A DNA stretch of 64,000 nt, taken from positions 2,925 to 66,924 of the forward strand of contig QCBW01000008.1 of NCBI GenBank assembly GCA_003281485.1, read 5' to 3'. Source of the stretch: Prochlorococcus sp. AG-347-J20. Lineage in GTDB: Bacteria; Cyanobacteriota; Cyanobacteriia; PCC-6307; Cyanobiaceae. Made by a program: the position numbers and the translations under genes. Positions within the stretch are counted from its first letter, which is position 1, and each line of letters begins with the position of its first letter. The notes below the pieces were generated by a model that was not told the DNA's origin, searched no databases, and saw only the letters and a program-made list of their open reading frames with translations. Of the stretch, positions 1-12,206 are shown one piece after another.

Positions 1-161
1 CCTAAATATGAGCCATATAAAAAACCTGATAATAAAGATAACCAAGAAGCTGGGAGTATTAATAAAACAATTAAAATGTACATGCAAACAAACGAAAATA
101 TCCCAATTCCAGTATTAAAAAAAAAAGACAAATTATAAATATTTTCAAGAAATATATTCAT
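1..161 (-). CDS. TVP38/TMEM64 (DedA/VTT) family membrane protein, N-terminal part, runs off the window edge
   Basis: Manual translation from ATG at 161 gives MNIFLENIYNLSFFFNTGIGIFSFVCMYILIVLLILPASWLSLLSGFLYGSYLG, open to position 1. It is hydrophobic and has the family-like P..(L).L.SG.LYG pattern. Not in the ORF track. Confidence 0.7.
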   Translation of the reverse strand, partial: MNIFLENIYNLSFFFNTGIGIFSFVCMYILIVLLILPASWLSLLSGFLYGSYL

Positions 162-163
162 TC

Positions 164-2920
164 TCAATTCAAAAGCTCGAGTTTTTTTGTAATTCTCTCC
201 ATTTGTACCGAACCCTCATTTAATTTAAATCTACATTCATCAACAATATCTTTTGGAGCCTTATCCACGAAATTTTTATTAGATAATCTCTTATTTAAAT
301 TATCTAATTCAATAGTCACCTTTTTTAGATCCTTGTTTAGCCTTTCCTTTAATGCATCTATATTTACAAAATCCTGAAAAGGTAAGTAAACCTCTAAATC
401 ACTAATTATCCCAGAAAAAGATTTAGCAAACTCTTTTTTATCAACAGCATTAGGTTTAAAAATAAATACTTCAGAAGATTTAGTTAAGGTTTGAATATCA
501 TCAACTAAAATTTTTAGAAAATCAATCAATTCATCATTATCTGAAATCAAGTAAACAGGAACTTTTTCTGATGGCTTGAGGCCTAATTCAGCTCTCAAAT
601 TTCTAATCAATCGAATAATTTCAAAGAGTTGTTGAAAGGAATTATCAAGCTTATTATCAACAAATTTATTTTCGTGAATTGGCCATTTTTGAAGAGATAA
701 TAATTCTTTATCTGATTTAAGTTGCAGTACATGCCAAAGTTCTTCAGTAATGTGCGGCATAAAAGGATGAATCATCACCAAAATATCATTGAGCACTTTT
801 ATTAAAACTTTTTCAGATATTTGTCTATTACTAGTTTCTTTATTATTAAACCTTTGTTTAGCAAATTCTACATACCAATCACAAAAATCATTCCACGTAA
901 ATTCGTATAGAAGTTTCGCAGATTCTCCCAATTTATATTCTTTCAACAAAGCAGCAACTTTTATATTTACCTGATTCAATTTCGATAAAATCCACTTATC
1001 ACACAACTCCAAAGAAGTTTCATCACTCTCATTAAGCAAATCATTATTGTTAGAAGTTTTATTAATTAACACAAATTTAGTTGCATTCCATAATTTATTC
1101 GCAAAATTTCTTGAAGCTTCAACAGTTGAAGACGTATCTTTTTTCCTATCAAAATCAAGCCGGATATCTTGTCCAGCGCCTGCAACTTCTCGAATTAAAG
1201 CAAATCGCAGAGCATCAGAACCATATTTATCAATTAATAATATTGGATCAATGCCATTACCTGAACTTTTACTCATTTTTTTATTGTTTTCATCTCGAAC
1301 TAGACCATGAATATAAACATCCTTAAAAGGAATACTATTCGTAAAAGTATTCCCCATCATTGTCATCCTGGCCACCCAGAAGAAAATAATATCGAAACCC
1401 GTAACAAGAACATTATTTGGATACCATTTTTTAAAATCCGGATCATTTGTATTTGGCCAACCAAGGGTTGAGAAAGGCCATAAGCCACTTGAAAACCATG
1501 TATCCAAAACATCTTTATCACGAACCAATTTAATATTTAATCCAAATTTTTTATTAGCTTCGATTAAGGCATCTTCTTCATTTCTTGCAACGATATATGG
1601 AGTATTTTGTTCTATTGAGTCTTGAGAGTCATCTAAAACATACCATGCTGGTATTTGGTGCCCCCACCACAATTGCCGACTGATACACCAATCATTAATA
1701 TTCTCTAACCAATCCTTATAAACTTTCTCCCAGCGTGAAGGAATAAACGATGGTTTTTTAGAATCAATTTCATTAAGACAACCTTTTGATATATCATCCA
1801 TTTTCAAAAACCATTGTGTGGATAATAAAGGTTCAATTGGCACCTTACCTCTATCAGAAAAAGGAACAGTATGTTTATAATTCTCTATCTTTGTCAAAAG
1901 GCCTAAGTTATCCAATTCTTTAATAATTTTCTTTCTAGCCTCATATCTATCTAAATTTTGAAACATGCCTGCATTAATATTTAAAGTTCCATCTTTGTTC
2001 ATTACATTAATCTGTTTTAAATTATGCCTTTTTCCTATTGCAAAATCATTTGGATCATGGGCTGGAGTAACCTTCACACAACCCGTACCAAAATCTTTAT
2101 CAACATGTGAATCAGCGATAATAGGTATTTCTCTATCAACAAAAGGAACTTTTACTTTGACACCAATAAATTCTTTATATCTTTCATCATCAGGATTAAC
2201 TGCCACAGCAGTATCACCCAAAAGAGTTTCTGGTCTTGTTGTTGCAACTTCTAAGTACTTATCTAAGAGTTCACCACTTTCAGAAATTAAAGGGTATTTA
2301 AAATGCCATAAATGACCATTTACTTCTTGCATTTCAACTTCAAGATCACTTACGGCAGATTGAGATTCAGGGCACCAATTAACCAAATATTCGCCTCTAT
2401 AAATTAAATTCTTTTTATAGAGAATATTAAAAGCCTCAATAACTGCTTCATTTAATTTTTGATCAAGAGTAAATCTTTCTCTAGTCCAGTCAACTGAATA
2501 TCCTATCCTTTTTAATTGAGAAACTATTCTTCCACCACTTTGTTCTTTCCAGTTCCATGCTCTTTTAAGAAATTCATCTCTTCCAATATCCTCGCTTGTT
2601 ATGCCTTCACTTTTTAATTGTTTTTCGAGAATAGTTTGAACAGCTATTGAAGCATGATCAGTTCCTGGTAAACACAAAACATTCTTACCTAAAAGTCTTT
2701 GAAAACGTACTACAACATCTATCAAAGCCGTATTAAATGCATGCCCCATATGTAAAGATCCAGTTACATTTGGTGGCGGAATAACAACACAAAAGGGCTC
2801 CCCATCATCCTCAGGGTTAGGACTAAATGCCTTTAGACTTTCCCATTTTTCTTGCCACTTTTTCTCTACTTCAAAAGGTGAATAATTCTCTAAGGATAAT
2901 TGATCATTCATCTCTGTCAT
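164..2920 (-). CDS. valS: valine--tRNA ligase
   Basis: PPPNVTGSLHMGH (HIGH) and KMSKS motifs, WCISRQLWWGH, C-terminal coiled coil. The ATG at 2920 is preferred over the TTG at 2926. Confidence 0.97.
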   Translation of the reverse strand: MTEMNDQLSLENYSPFEVEKKWQEKWESLKAFSPNPEDDGEPFCVVIPPPNVTGSLHMGHAFNTALIDVVVRFQRLLGKNVLCLPGTDHASIAVQTILEKQLKSEGITSEDIGRDEFLKRAWNWKEQSGGRIVSQLKRIGYSVDWTRERFTLDQKLNEAVIEAFNILYKKNLIYRGEYLVNWCPESQSAVSDLEVEMQEVNGHLWHFKYPLISESGELLDKYLEVATTRPETLLGDTAVAVNPDDERYKEFIGVKVKVPFVDREIPIIADSHVDKDFGTGCVKVTPAHDPNDFAIGKRHNLKQINVMNKDGTLNINAGMFQNLDRYEARKKIIKELDNLGLLTKIENYKHTVPFSDRGKVPIEPLLSTQWFLKMDDISKGCLNEIDSKKPSFIPSRWEKVYKDWLENINDWCISRQLWWGHQIPAWYVLDDSQDSIEQNTPYIVARNEEDALIEANKKFGLNIKLVRDKDVLDTWFSSGLWPFSTLGWPNTNDPDFKKWYPNNVLVTGFDIIFFWVARMTMMGNTFTNSIPFKDVYIHGLVRDENNKKMSKSSGNGIDPILLIDKYGSDALRFALIREVAGAGQDIRLDFDRKKDTSSTVEASRNFANKLWNATKFVLINKTSNNNDLLNESDETSLELCDKWILSKLNQVNIKVAALLKEYKLGESAKLLYEFTWNDFCDWYVEFAKQRFNNKETSNRQISEKVLIKVLNDILVMIHPFMPHITEELWHVLQLKSDKELLSLQKWPIHENKFVDNKLDNSFQQLFEIIRLIRNLRAELGLKPSEKVPVYLISDNDELIDFLKILVDDIQTLTKSSEVFIFKPNAVDKKEFAKSFSGIISDLEVYLPFQDFVNIDALKERLNKDLKKVTIELDNLNKRLSNKNFVDKAPKDIVDECRFKLNEGSVQMERITKKLELLN

Positions 2921-3016
2921 GTGCAAATTTTATTTCAATAAACTTTTTGTTATTTTATCTTGAGAGAAGCCAATTAATGAAAATAATATTAGTTTGCAAA
3001 AAAAGAAACATCCACT

Positions 3017-3358
3017 CTACAAAAGTTTGAAGCCAGAACCACAGGAACAACGTATTGCATTTTTTGGTGTTGAAATAAGAAATCCACCACCGCTCAAATC
3101 ACCGTAATAATCTAATTTTAAATCTTTCAATAAATTAAACTTTTTTACATCCGCGTATAAAGTTACTCCTTCAGTTCTTGAAATAGGGGATCCATTACAT
3201 GTACCTGGCCTTAATTTAATATGCATCCATCCTTCGGAACAATTTTGATCCTCTATCAAATCAATCGACATTTCTCCAGGAGAACCTCCAAAAGAAGCTT
3301 GCCTAGATAGTTCTGAAGCAGCGCTTTGACTGATTGAAAGATTTACGATCTCAGTCAT
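3017..3358 (-). CDS. HesB/IscA-like (A-type Fe-S carrier-like) protein
   Basis: C-terminal GGF...PKNA.RCSCGSGF motif plus an upstream Cys. Start moved to the ATG at 3358 because the longer ORF overlaps the tRNA. Confidence 0.75.
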   Translation of the reverse strand: MTEIVNLSISQSAASELSRQASFGGSPGEMSIDLIEDQNCSEGWMHIKLRPGTCNGSPISRTEGVTLYADVKKFNLLKDLKLDYYGDLSGGGFLISTPKNAIRCSCGSGFKLL

Positions 3359-3373
3359 TAGAAAAATAACAAA

Positions 3374-3445
<72 letters not shown>

Positions 3446-3543
3446 TTATAATAAATCATTCTAATAGATGAAGTTGAAAAATTTAAACTAAGTATTTAAA
3501 TATTTCATGATTGAGGCAAAATTTAATTAATAAAATATATCCA

Positions 3544-4398
3544 ATGTCCTCAAACAAGAAATATAAATTAGAAAACAATTCTGATTTAGAAACTATAAAT
3601 AGTTTTAAAAACTTAATATCTAACATCAAAGCATTAAAAGATAAAAATTGGGGCTGTCCATGGCAGAAAATGCAGTCTCATATATCGTTGATCCCATTTT
3701 TGTATGAAGAAAGTAATGAATTTATAAATGCGATATATGAAAAAAATGCAGATAACATATGTGAAGAGTTAGGAGATCTTTTATTACAAATAATGCTTCA
3801 TGCTGAAATCAGTTACGAAGAAAAAGAATTTGCTCTCAATGATGTTATAAAAAATCTAAATAGGAAAATTATTAACAGACATCCATATATTTTCAAGAAA
3901 AAAGAAAAAGTATCATTAAAAAAATCACAAGAGATTTGGGAAAATATAAAAAATTCAGAAAAAGAAGCACCTCATATGAAATCTTCAATTAGTAGAATTT
4001 TAAATTTGAAAATTAAAAATTTACCTCCAACAATTGGTACAGATAAAATCACAAATGTAGTTAAAGAACATGGTTTCAAATGGGAAAGTACTGATGAAAT
4101 TTTTAAAAAGTTAGAAGAAGAGATAAATGAATTAAAAGAGGCAATTAAATACAAAAATGATTCAGAGATAAAAAATGAATTTGGTGATATTTACTTTACC
4201 CTTCTTAATCTCTCAAACTTTTTAAAAATAAATCCTGAGTCAGCTCTTCAAAAAACTAATATAAAATTTTTAGACAGATTTTCAATCATCGAAGAGCATG
4301 CGGGAGATAATATTAAAAAACAAACTCCCAAAGAATTTCAACGGCTTTGGCAAATAGCCAAGCAAAAACTAGCGGGGGAAATTCCTAAAAGCAAATGA
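3544..4398 (+). CDS. mazG: nucleoside triphosphate pyrophosphohydrolase MazG
   Basis: GCPW, EELGDLLLQI, RHPYIF and a second EFGDI motif (tandem MazG domains). ATG at 3544 chosen. Confidence 0.92.
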   Translation: MSSNKKYKLENNSDLETINSFKNLISNIKALKDKNWGCPWQKMQSHISLIPFLYEESNEFINAIYEKNADNICEELGDLLLQIMLHAEISYEEKEFALNDVIKNLNRKIINRHPYIFKKKEKVSLKKSQEIWENIKNSEKEAPHMKSSISRILNLKIKNLPPTIGTDKITNVVKEHGFKWESTDEIFKKLEEEINELKEAIKYKNDSEIKNEFGDIYFTLLNLSNFLKINPESALQKTNIKFLDRFSIIEEHAGDNIKKQTPKEFQRLWQIAKQKLAGEIPKSK

Positions 4399-5246
4399 CA
4401 AATATTACAACATGGATAGATGAATATCATAAAGGCTCAAGATTCGGTCTAAATGGGAAAATCCTAATTAAAAAAACCTCAAAATATCAAGAAATTATTG
4501 TTATTGAAAATGAATATTATGGTAAAGCTTTAATGTTAGATGGTTGCTGGATGACATCATTAAAAGATGAGAAATATTATCATGAATGTCTTGTACATCC
4601 TGCGTTAAGTAGCATTGATGAAAAATCTAATATACTAATCATTGGCGGTGGTGATGGTGGTACTGTAAGAGAATGCGTTAAATATTCTCAAATATCAAAA
4701 ATTGATCTAGTAGAAATTGATGAGGAAGTAATCAAAATATCTAAACAATTTCTAAAAGAAATTGGAGGCGAAGCATGGAATGATAAAAGATTAGAAATAC
4801 ATGTTGATGATGGCGTTAAATGGGTAAAAAAAACAAGAGATAATTTTTACGACGTTATATTAATAGATTGTTCAGATCCCTCAGAATTTTCAAATTTATT
4901 ATTTTCAGAGTCTTTTTATGAAGAATGTAAAAGAATACTTAAACCAAAGGGAATATTAGCAACGCAAAGCGAATCTCCTGAATCCTTCAAAAATATTCAT
5001 ATAAATACTTTGAAAACCCTCAAAAATATATTTAAGGTTTCTGAAACTATGTATTCCTTTGTGCCTTTATATCCAAGCGGGATTTGGAGTTGGACATTCG
5101 CTTCTTCAGAAGATCTAAATTTATCAAAGCAAAATTATGATGAAGCCCTAAAAATAGAAAAAGGTTGTGAAATTTGGAATTTAAATTTTCAAAATGCAGC
5201 ATTCAAAATGATGCCAAATAAAATTGTAAAAGAACTAGATACATAA
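4395..5246 (+). CDS. speE: polyamine aminopropyltransferase (spermidine synthase)
   Basis: LMLDG, YHECLVHP, IIGGGDGG, DCSDP, YPSGIW motifs. ATGA overlap with mazG. Confidence 0.93.
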   Translation: MTNITTWIDEYHKGSRFGLNGKILIKKTSKYQEIIVIENEYYGKALMLDGCWMTSLKDEKYYHECLVHPALSSIDEKSNILIIGGGDGGTVRECVKYSQISKIDLVEIDEEVIKISKQFLKEIGGEAWNDKRLEIHVDDGVKWVKKTRDNFYDVILIDCSDPSEFSNLLFSESFYEECKRILKPKGILATQSESPESFKNIHINTLKTLKNIFKVSETMYSFVPLYPSGIWSWTFASSEDLNLSKQNYDEALKIEKGCEIWNLNFQNAAFKMMPNKIVKELDT

Positions 5247-5247
5247 G

Positions 5248-6129
5248 ATGAAAAAAAATTTATTTGATAACGAAAATGCAATTTATATGGGAGCAAAAAG
5301 AAGTCCTGAGAATTGCTCAATTGGTATATTTGGAGTTAATTATGACGGGACATGTTCTTTTAAACCAGGAGCAAGATTTGGTCCAGAAGCAATAAGACAA
5401 GTCAGTTCTTGTTTAGAAACATATTGTCCAAAGACAAAAAAAGACTTAGAGGATATTATGTATGTTGATTTTGGATCAATACTAATTGATAAAAATGACT
5501 CAAAGTCCGTTATTGAATCGGTTAAATCAGCAACAAATTATTTAATTAGTAAACGCCTTAGTCCTATTATGCTTGGAGGCGAACACTCTATTACAAGTGG
5601 TGCTATCGAAGCTTTAGTAAAAAAATATCCAGATTTGATATTGGTTCAACTTGATGCTCATGCAGATTTAAGAGAATCATATATAGGAAATGAACATAGT
5701 CATGCTTGTACTATGAAAAGATGCTTAGAAGTGCTACCTAAAAAGAAAATTTTGCAAGTAGGAATTAGAAGTGGGACGAAGGAAGAATTTGAAATTATGC
5801 ATAACAACAACCAATTAGTTAACTTTTGTCCAGGTGAAAATGCACATGAGTTAAAACAAGCTCTTTTACCATACGCTAAGTCTCCAATCTATTTAACAAT
5901 AGATTTAGATTGGTTTGATCCCAGTTTGTTAGCAGGGACGGGCACTCCAGAACCGGGAGGATTTTTTTGGAATGACTTTGAAGAAATACTGAAAACGTTA
6001 AAAGACTTTAGAATTGTGGGTTCAGATATTGTGGAATTATCTCCTGAAATTGATAAAAGCGGAGTAAGTAGCATAGTTGCAGCCAAAGTACTTAGAAGCT
6101 TAATTTTGTCATTAGAAAATATGCAATAA
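5248..6129 (+). CDS. speB: agmatinase
   Basis: Ureohydrolase motifs [39 protein letters not shown]. Adjacent to speE. Confidence 0.92.
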   Translation: MKKNLFDNENAIYMGAKRSPENCSIGIFGVNYDGTCSFKPGARFGPEAIRQVSSCLETYCPKTKKDLEDIMYVDFGSILIDKNDSKSVIESVKSATNYLISKRLSPIMLGGEHSITSGAIEALVKKYPDLILVQLDAHADLRESYIGNEHSHACTMKRCLEVLPKKKILQVGIRSGTKEEFEIMHNNNQLVNFCPGENAHELKQALLPYAKSPIYLTIDLDWFDPSLLAGTGTPEPGGFFWNDFEEILKTLKDFRIVGSDIVELSPEIDKSGVSSIVAAKVLRSLILSLENMQ

Positions 6130-6178
6130 AAAATTTCTAAACTACAGTGTAAAAATACTAAATAAAACTCAATATTTC

Positions 6179-7291
6179 ATGGATTTGCTAAAAAGTCCTC
6201 TTTATTCAAAATATATTGAATTAAATGCAAAATTAGTGGATTTTGCAGGTTGGGAAATGCCCATATCATTTTCCGGATTGATTAAAGAGCATGAATCAGT
6301 TAGATCTTCAGCAGGATTATTTGATATTTCTCACATGGGTGTGATATCTGTTAAGGGAATCAATCCAAAGGATTATATTCAAAAACTTTTTCCTACTAAT
6401 TTATACTCCTTTTCTGAAGGTCAGGGGCTTTATACAGTAATGCTCAATGATAAAGGAGGAATAATAGATGACTTAATAATTTATGACCTTGGTATACAAG
6501 AAAATGACATATCAGAATTATTGTTAATAGTTAATGCAAGTAGATATGAAGAGGATTTTCAGTGGATAAAAAATAATTTAAATAAATATAAAATTTCGAT
6601 AACAAACTTTAAAAAAGACAAAGTACTTTTGGCACTACAGGGAAAAAAGTCATTCAATTTATTTGAAGAATGGATTGAATCATCGATCTCACATATCCCT
6701 AACTTTGGATGCGAATATAAAATTTTTGAACATATTTCGCCTAAAGAAAAAATTTTCTTTTCAAAGACAGGATATACAGGGGAAAATGGTTTGGAAATAC
6801 TTTTATCTAAAAAAGCAGCTATTAATTTATGGGAATTCTCAATTTCCAAAAATGTTACACCTTGTGGTTTAGGAGCTAGAGATACTCTTAGACTTGAAGC
6901 AGGCATGCATCTTTATGGTCAAGATATAAATGAAGAAACTTCTCCATATGAAGCAGGATTAGGCTGGTTAGTACATCTAGAAAATAATCACGAATTCTTT
7001 GGAAGAAGATTTCTGGAAGAGCAGTCAAGATTAGGTATTCAGAAAAAGTTAGTTGGTCTCTCTATAGAAGGTAAAGCAATAGGAAGAAAAGGTTGCGCAG
7101 TTCTTAAAGGTGAAGAAAATATTGGGACTATCACAAGCGGCAGTTGGTCTCCAACTAAACAACAAGCCATAGCTTTTGCATACATCAATACCTCGCATGC
7201 CTTAATAAATAATGAAGTTCAAATATTAATAAGAGGAAAAAAATTCAAAGGGGTTATAACAAAAAGAGCGTTTTATAAAAAAAATTATTAA
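6179..7291 (+). CDS. gcvT: glycine cleavage system aminomethyltransferase T
   Basis: [36 protein letters not shown] motifs. Confidence 0.95.
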   Translation: MDLLKSPLYSKYIELNAKLVDFAGWEMPISFSGLIKEHESVRSSAGLFDISHMGVISVKGINPKDYIQKLFPTNLYSFSEGQGLYTVMLNDKGGIIDDLIIYDLGIQENDISELLLIVNASRYEEDFQWIKNNLNKYKISITNFKKDKVLLALQGKKSFNLFEEWIESSISHIPNFGCEYKIFEHISPKEKIFFSKTGYTGENGLEILLSKKAAINLWEFSISKNVTPCGLGARDTLRLEAGMHLYGQDINEETSPYEAGLGWLVHLENNHEFFGRRFLEEQSRLGIQKKLVGLSIEGKAIGRKGCAVLKGEENIGTITSGSWSPTKQQAIAFAYINTSHALINNEVQILIRGKKFKGVITKRAFYKKNY

Positions 7292-7346
7292 CTAAATTTA
7301 CCCTTAAAGAATTATTATAAGTTATTGATAAATAAATCATACTTAG

Positions 7347-9143
7347 ATGAGAAACAAAATTTGCAAAGAACTCAATAATACAGATATTGGTAAATTAGTT
7401 AATTTATGCGGATGGGTAGACAGAAGAAGAGATCATGGTGGGGTAATTTTTATTGATTTAAGAGACCATAGTGGATTCCTACAAATAACAATTAATCCTG
7501 ATGATGGTGCTGATCTTTTTAAAAAGGCAGAAACTCTAAGAAATGAGACCGTAATAATGGTTAGCGGAATTATTAATAAAAGGCCCAAAGAATCCATAAA
7601 TACAAATTTAAGTACTGGAGAATTAGAGCTTAAGGTTAAAGATTTGCAAATTCTCAACCAAATTAAAAAAAACTTACCTTTTCCAGTGTCAATACATGAT
7701 TATGAAAATACAAAAGAGGAACTCAGATTAAAATATAGATACCTTGATTTAAGAAGGGGAAAATTATTAGAAAATTTAAAAACAAGACATAAGATTATTA
7801 AAGTTGCTAGAGAATTTCTTGATAATTTTGGATTTACTGAAGTAGAGACCCCATTACTTACAAAGTCAACTCCAGAAGGCGCTCGCGATTTTCTTGTTCC
7901 TGCACGTCTTTCAAATGGAGATTTTTTTGCTTTACCTCAATCCCCACAACTATTTAAACAACTTTTAATGGTTGGAGGCCTGGACAAGTATTATCAAATC
8001 GCAAAATGTTTCCGTGATGAAGACTTAAGGGCAGATAGACAGCCAGAGTTTACTCAATTAGATATTGAGATGAGCTTTATTAGTGAAGAAGAAATAATTT
8101 CTTTTAATGAAAGTCTCATAAAAAAAATATGGAAAGAAGTATTAAATATTAATTTTAATAATGCTTTTCCAAGAATGTCATGGCAGGTAGCAATGGATAA
8201 TTACGGCACTGATAGACCAGATACTAGATATCAAATGTTATTAAAAGATTTAGGAGGAGTATTAGGTGATATAGGATTTAATATCTTCACCAAGGCAATT
8301 AAGTCTGGAGGTTATATAAAATCCATAACAGTCAAAGGTGGTAATTCAAGTATTAGTAACGTAAGAATTAAACCAGGAGGTGATATCTTCCAAGTAGCTC
8401 AAGATGCAGGAGCTGGTGGTTTGGCCTTTATAAGGGTCAAAGGAGATGAGCTTGAGACAATTGGGGCAATTAAAAATAATTTAAGTGAAAAGCATATAGC
8501 TGATATTTTAAAAATCACAGAAGCAAAAGATGGAGACTTAATCCTCTTGGGAGCTGGAGATAAACAAATTGTCAATCAGTCATTAGATAGAGTTAGACAA
8601 TATATAGCAAAAGATTTAAATCTCATTGATAAAAGTAAATGGAATTTCTTATGGGTAACTGACTTCCCGATGTTTGAGAGAAATGAAGAGGAAAATAGAT
8701 ATGAAGCTTTACATCATCCTTTTTGTTCTCCAAAAAATATAAAATCAAAAGATTCTGAAAACTTGAAAAAAGAAATTGAGAGCTCTACAGCAAATGCTTA
8801 TGACTTAGTACTCAATGGATTAGAGTTAGGAGGTGGCTCTTTACGTATTCATGAAGCGAACTTACAAAGAGAGGTTCTAAAAACGGTAGGACTTACTGAT
8901 AAAGAAGTTGATGAAAAATTTGGATTTTTAATAGAAGCCTTAGAAATGGGTTCTCCTCCTCATGGTGGAATAGCGTTTGGATTGGATCGTATTACCATGT
9001 TGATCATTGGTGCAGATTCAATCAGAGAAACCATTGCTTTTCCAAAAAATCAACAAGCAAAATGTCTTCTCACAAATGCACCTTCAAATGTCTCTGAATC
9101 ACAATTAAAAGAATTAGATATTGAAATAACAATTGATGAATAA
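7347..9143 (+). CDS. aspS: aspartate--tRNA ligase
   Basis: [65 protein letters not shown]. Confidence 0.97.
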   Translation: MRNKICKELNNTDIGKLVNLCGWVDRRRDHGGVIFIDLRDHSGFLQITINPDDGADLFKKAETLRNETVIMVSGIINKRPKESINTNLSTGELELKVKDLQILNQIKKNLPFPVSIHDYENTKEELRLKYRYLDLRRGKLLENLKTRHKIIKVAREFLDNFGFTEVETPLLTKSTPEGARDFLVPARLSNGDFFALPQSPQLFKQLLMVGGLDKYYQIAKCFRDEDLRADRQPEFTQLDIEMSFISEEEIISFNESLIKKIWKEVLNINFNNAFPRMSWQVAMDNYGTDRPDTRYQMLLKDLGGVLGDIGFNIFTKAIKSGGYIKSITVKGGNSSISNVRIKPGGDIFQVAQDAGAGGLAFIRVKGDELETIGAIKNNLSEKHIADILKITEAKDGDLILLGAGDKQIVNQSLDRVRQYIAKDLNLIDKSKWNFLWVTDFPMFERNEEENRYEALHHPFCSPKNIKSKDSENLKKEIESSTANAYDLVLNGLELGGGSLRIHEANLQREVLKTVGLTDKEVDEKFGFLIEALEMGSPPHGGIAFGLDRITMLIIGADSIRETIAFPKNQQAKCLLTNAPSNVSESQLKELDIEITIDE

Positions 9144-9218
9144 GAATATATATGGATGTTCTAAAAGTTTTTTGTTTAAATAAAATATAAGGAGGCTGTG
9201 CTTAATTAAAAATAATTA

Positions 9219-10829
9219 ATGTCAAAATTTGTATTTGTCACTGGAGGAGTAGTTTCTAGCATTGGTAAAGGAATTGTAGCTGCAAGCTTAGGAAGATTAT
9301 TAAAGTCTAGAGGATATAGTGTTTCAATATTAAAACTAGATCCATATCTAAATGTTGATCCAGGAACAATGAGCCCTTTCCAACATGGAGAAGTATTTGT
9401 AACCGAAGATGGGGCTGAAACCGATCTAGATTTAGGTCACTATGAAAGATTTACTGATACTGCAATGACTAGGTTAAATAGTGTGACTACGGGATCTATT
9501 TATCAAGCAGTTATTAATAAAGAAAGAAGAGGTAGTTATGACGGAGGAACTGTGCAAGTAATACCTCACATAACGGGAGAAATAAGAGAAAGAATTCATA
9601 GAGTAGCCGCCAACAGTAATGCAGATATTATTATTACTGAAATTGGTGGAACAGTTGGTGATATTGAATCTCTACCTTTTTTAGAGGCAATAAGAGAATT
9701 CAAAAATGATGTCAATAAGAATGATGTTGCATATATACACGTAACATTACTCCCTTACATCAAAACCTCTGGCGAAATAAAAACTAAACCAACACAACAT
9801 TCAGTGAAAGAATTAAGATCAATTGGAATTCAGCCAGATTTACTTGTATGCCGAAGTGATAAATCTATCAATGAAGCTCTTAAAAAGAAGCTTAGTGGTT
9901 TTTGCGGTGTCAGTATCAACTCTGTAATTGAAGCTTTAGACGCAGATAGTATTTATTCTGTTCCTCTTGCTTTAAAAAAAGAAGGTTTATGCAAAGAAAC
10001 CCTGAAGTATTTAGACCTTGAAGATAAAAAATGTGATTTGAAAAATTGGGAGCAACTAATACACAACCTGAGAAATCCTGGAGCTCCAATCAAAGTTGCT
10101 TTAGTGGGTAAATACATTGAACTTGGAGATGCATATTTATCCGTTGTTGAAGCTTTAAGACATGCATGCATTGAACAAAAGGCTTTATTAGATTTACATT
10201 GGGTAAGTGCTGAAATGATAGAAAAAAATTCAGCAGAAACTTACTTAAATGAAGTTGATGCAATTGTCGTACCCGGGGGATTTGGCAATAGAGGAGTCAA
10301 TGGAAAAATTTCGGCTATAAAATTCGCAAGAGAAAATAAAATTCCCTTTTTAGGTTTGTGCCTTGGTATGCAATGTGCAGTTATAGAATGGGCCAGGAAT
10401 GTAGCTAATCTTCCAGATGCATCTAGTTCAGAACTAGACCCAAACACTCCCAATCCAGTGATACATTTATTGCCAGAGCAAGAAGATGTAGTTGATTTGG
10501 GTGGGACAATGAGACTTGGAGTTTATCCATGTAGATTGACACAAAATACAACTGGGAAAAACTTATATGATGAGGATGTTATTTATGAGAGACATCGACA
10601 TAGATACGAATTTAATAATTACTACAAACAAAGTTTTTTAGATTCTGGATACAAAATTAGTGGTACATCACCAGATGGCAGATTAGTTGAGTTAATTGAG
10701 TTAAAAAATCATCCATACTTCTTAGCATGTCAATATCATCCTGAGTTTTTATCTCGACCTGGCAAACCTCATCCTTTATTTAAAGGTTTAATAAAAGCCT
10801 CTCAAGATAAGTTAACTCAATCAAATTAA
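9219..10829 (+). CDS. pyrG: CTP synthase
   Basis: [46 protein letters not shown]. Confidence 0.98.
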   Translation: MSKFVFVTGGVVSSIGKGIVAASLGRLLKSRGYSVSILKLDPYLNVDPGTMSPFQHGEVFVTEDGAETDLDLGHYERFTDTAMTRLNSVTTGSIYQAVINKERRGSYDGGTVQVIPHITGEIRERIHRVAANSNADIIITEIGGTVGDIESLPFLEAIREFKNDVNKNDVAYIHVTLLPYIKTSGEIKTKPTQHSVKELRSIGIQPDLLVCRSDKSINEALKKKLSGFCGVSINSVIEALDADSIYSVPLALKKEGLCKETLKYLDLEDKKCDLKNWEQLIHNLRNPGAPIKVALVGKYIELGDAYLSVVEALRHACIEQKALLDLHWVSAEMIEKNSAETYLNEVDAIVVPGGFGNRGVNGKISAIKFARENKIPFLGLCLGMQCAVIEWARNVANLPDASSSELDPNTPNPVIHLLPEQEDVVDLGGTMRLGVYPCRLTQNTTGKNLYDEDVIYERHRHRYEFNNYYKQSFLDSGYKISGTSPDGRLVELIELKNHPYFLACQYHPEFLSRPGKPHPLFKGLIKASQDKLTQSN

Positions 10830-10847
10830 TATTTTTTATTTTTTTGA

Positions 10848-11525
10848 ATGAAAATGACAAATTTTTTACCATTAGTTGAACAATTTCATTCATTGCAAGG
10901 TGAAGGTTATCACGCCGGAAAAAGTGCTTTTTTTGTGAGATTAGCTGGATGTAAAGTTGGATGTTCGTGGTGCGATACCAAGAATTCATGGGACGAGAAA
11001 AAACACCCTTCTATTTCAATTGAAAAAATAATAGATCGCATAAAAATTGCCAGAAAAAAAGGAGCATCTTTTTGCGTTATTACAGGTGGAGAACCTTTAC
11101 AACATAACTTAGATAATTTTTGCAAAGCCATAAAAAAAATGACGATAGGAGAAGATCAAAAGCCAATGAAAATTCATATTGAGACAAGTGGAGTTAATTC
11201 GATATCAGGAAGCTACGACTGGATTACTTTATCTCCTAAAAGACACTCACCTCCAAAAAATTATTTTTTAAAAAACTGTAATGAAATCAAAATAATCATA
11301 AATGAAATAAAAGATATTGAATTTGCTATTCAAATAAAAAAAGAAACTTTAAAACAATATCAACTCACTAAAAGTGAAGATAGCGTAAAAAAAGAAGAAA
11401 AAATTTTTTATTTACAGCCAGCATGGAACAATGCGAATGGTTTTTCTCTTGCTATAGATTTCGTTAAAAATAACCCAGATTGGAAATTGAGCCTTCAAAC
11501 TCACAAATACTTAAAAATTAATTGA
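10848..11525 (+). CDS. queE: 7-carboxy-7-deazaguanine synthase (radical SAM)
   Basis: FHSLQGEG, CX3CX2C (CKVGCSWC) followed by DT, ITGGEP, SLQTHK. Next to queC. Confidence 0.92.
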   Translation: MKMTNFLPLVEQFHSLQGEGYHAGKSAFFVRLAGCKVGCSWCDTKNSWDEKKHPSISIEKIIDRIKIARKKGASFCVITGGEPLQHNLDNFCKAIKKMTIGEDQKPMKIHIETSGVNSISGSYDWITLSPKRHSPPKNYFLKNCNEIKIIINEIKDIEFAIQIKKETLKQYQLTKSEDSVKKEEKIFYLQPAWNNANGFSLAIDFVKNNPDWKLSLQTHKYLKIN

Positions 11526-11531
11526 AATCAT

Positions 11532-12206
11532 ATGAATCTTAAAAATAAATCGATAGTAGTTTTATTATCTGGGGGCTTAGATTCTTCTACAGTTACTGGT
11601 ATCGCAAAAAAGTCCGAAGCTAAAATTTTTGGCCTTGCATTTGACTACGGTCAACGTCATAAAAAAGAATTAAATTCTGCATCAATAATTGCAAAACACT
11701 TTGATATCGAAGAATTTAAAATCATTAATCTTGACTTATCTTTATGGGGAGGCTCGTCATTAACTGATACTCAAAAAAATATTCCGATAGAAGGAGTACA
11801 AACTAATAAAATTCCTAATACTTATGTTCCTGGGAGAAATACTATATTTATTTCCGTTGCACTAAGTTATGCCGAAGCAATAGAGGCAGATTTCATTGGA
11901 TTAGGAGTAAATGCACTTGATTATTCTGGTTATCCAGATTGCAGACCTGATTACATTAAAAAATTTCAAGAATTAGCATACTTAGCCAATAAAAGAGGAA
12001 GAGAAAATAATCCAATAAAACTTTGGACGCCTCTATTAGATTTAAATAAAGAAGAAATTATTAAATTAGCTTTTGCTAATGATGTCCCTTTAGATAAAAC
12101 ATGGAGTTGTTATTCGGGCAATTCAAAACCATGCGGTAAGTGTGATAGCTGCAGAATTAGAAATGCCGCTTATAAAAAATGGCTTAATAACAATAATAAA
12201 AAATGA
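11532..12206 (+). CDS. queC: 7-cyano-7-deazaguanine synthase
   Basis: SGGLDS, YGQRH, YVPGRN, GYPDCR, TWSCY...CGKCDSC zinc motif. Confidence 0.95.
   Translation: MNLKNKSIVVLLSGGLDSSTVTGIAKKSEAKIFGLAFDYGQRHKKELNSASIIAKHFDIEEFKIINLDLSLWGGSSLTDTQKNIPIEGVQTNKIPNTYVPGRNTIFISVALSYAEAIEADFIGLGVNALDYSGYPDCRPDYIKKFQELAYLANKRGRENNPIKLWTPLLDLNKEEIIKLAFANDVPLDKTWSCYSGNSKPCGKCDSCRIRNAAYKKWLNNNNKK

Noticed and set aside
117..126. A10 homopolymer as a phase-variation tract or frameshift
   Set aside because: The reading frame stays intact (Ser-Phe-Phe-Phe), and long A/T runs are common throughout this AT-rich window.
3544..4398. mazG as part of a toxin-antitoxin, anti-phage or phage-derived module
   Set aside because: It is the two-domain housekeeping form coupled to speE-speB, with no mazEF or phage genes.
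9189..9209. AAGGAGG followed by GTG-CTT-AAT-TAA as a regulatory uORF before pyrG
   Set aside because: SD-to-GTG spacing is only 2 nt and no attenuator hairpin is evident.
10848..12206. queE/queC as a 7-deazaguanine DNA-modification (dpd) defence system
   Set aside because: No dpdA/tgt-like, helicase or nuclease genes nearby. The context is housekeeping and queG is present, which fits tRNA queuosine synthesis.
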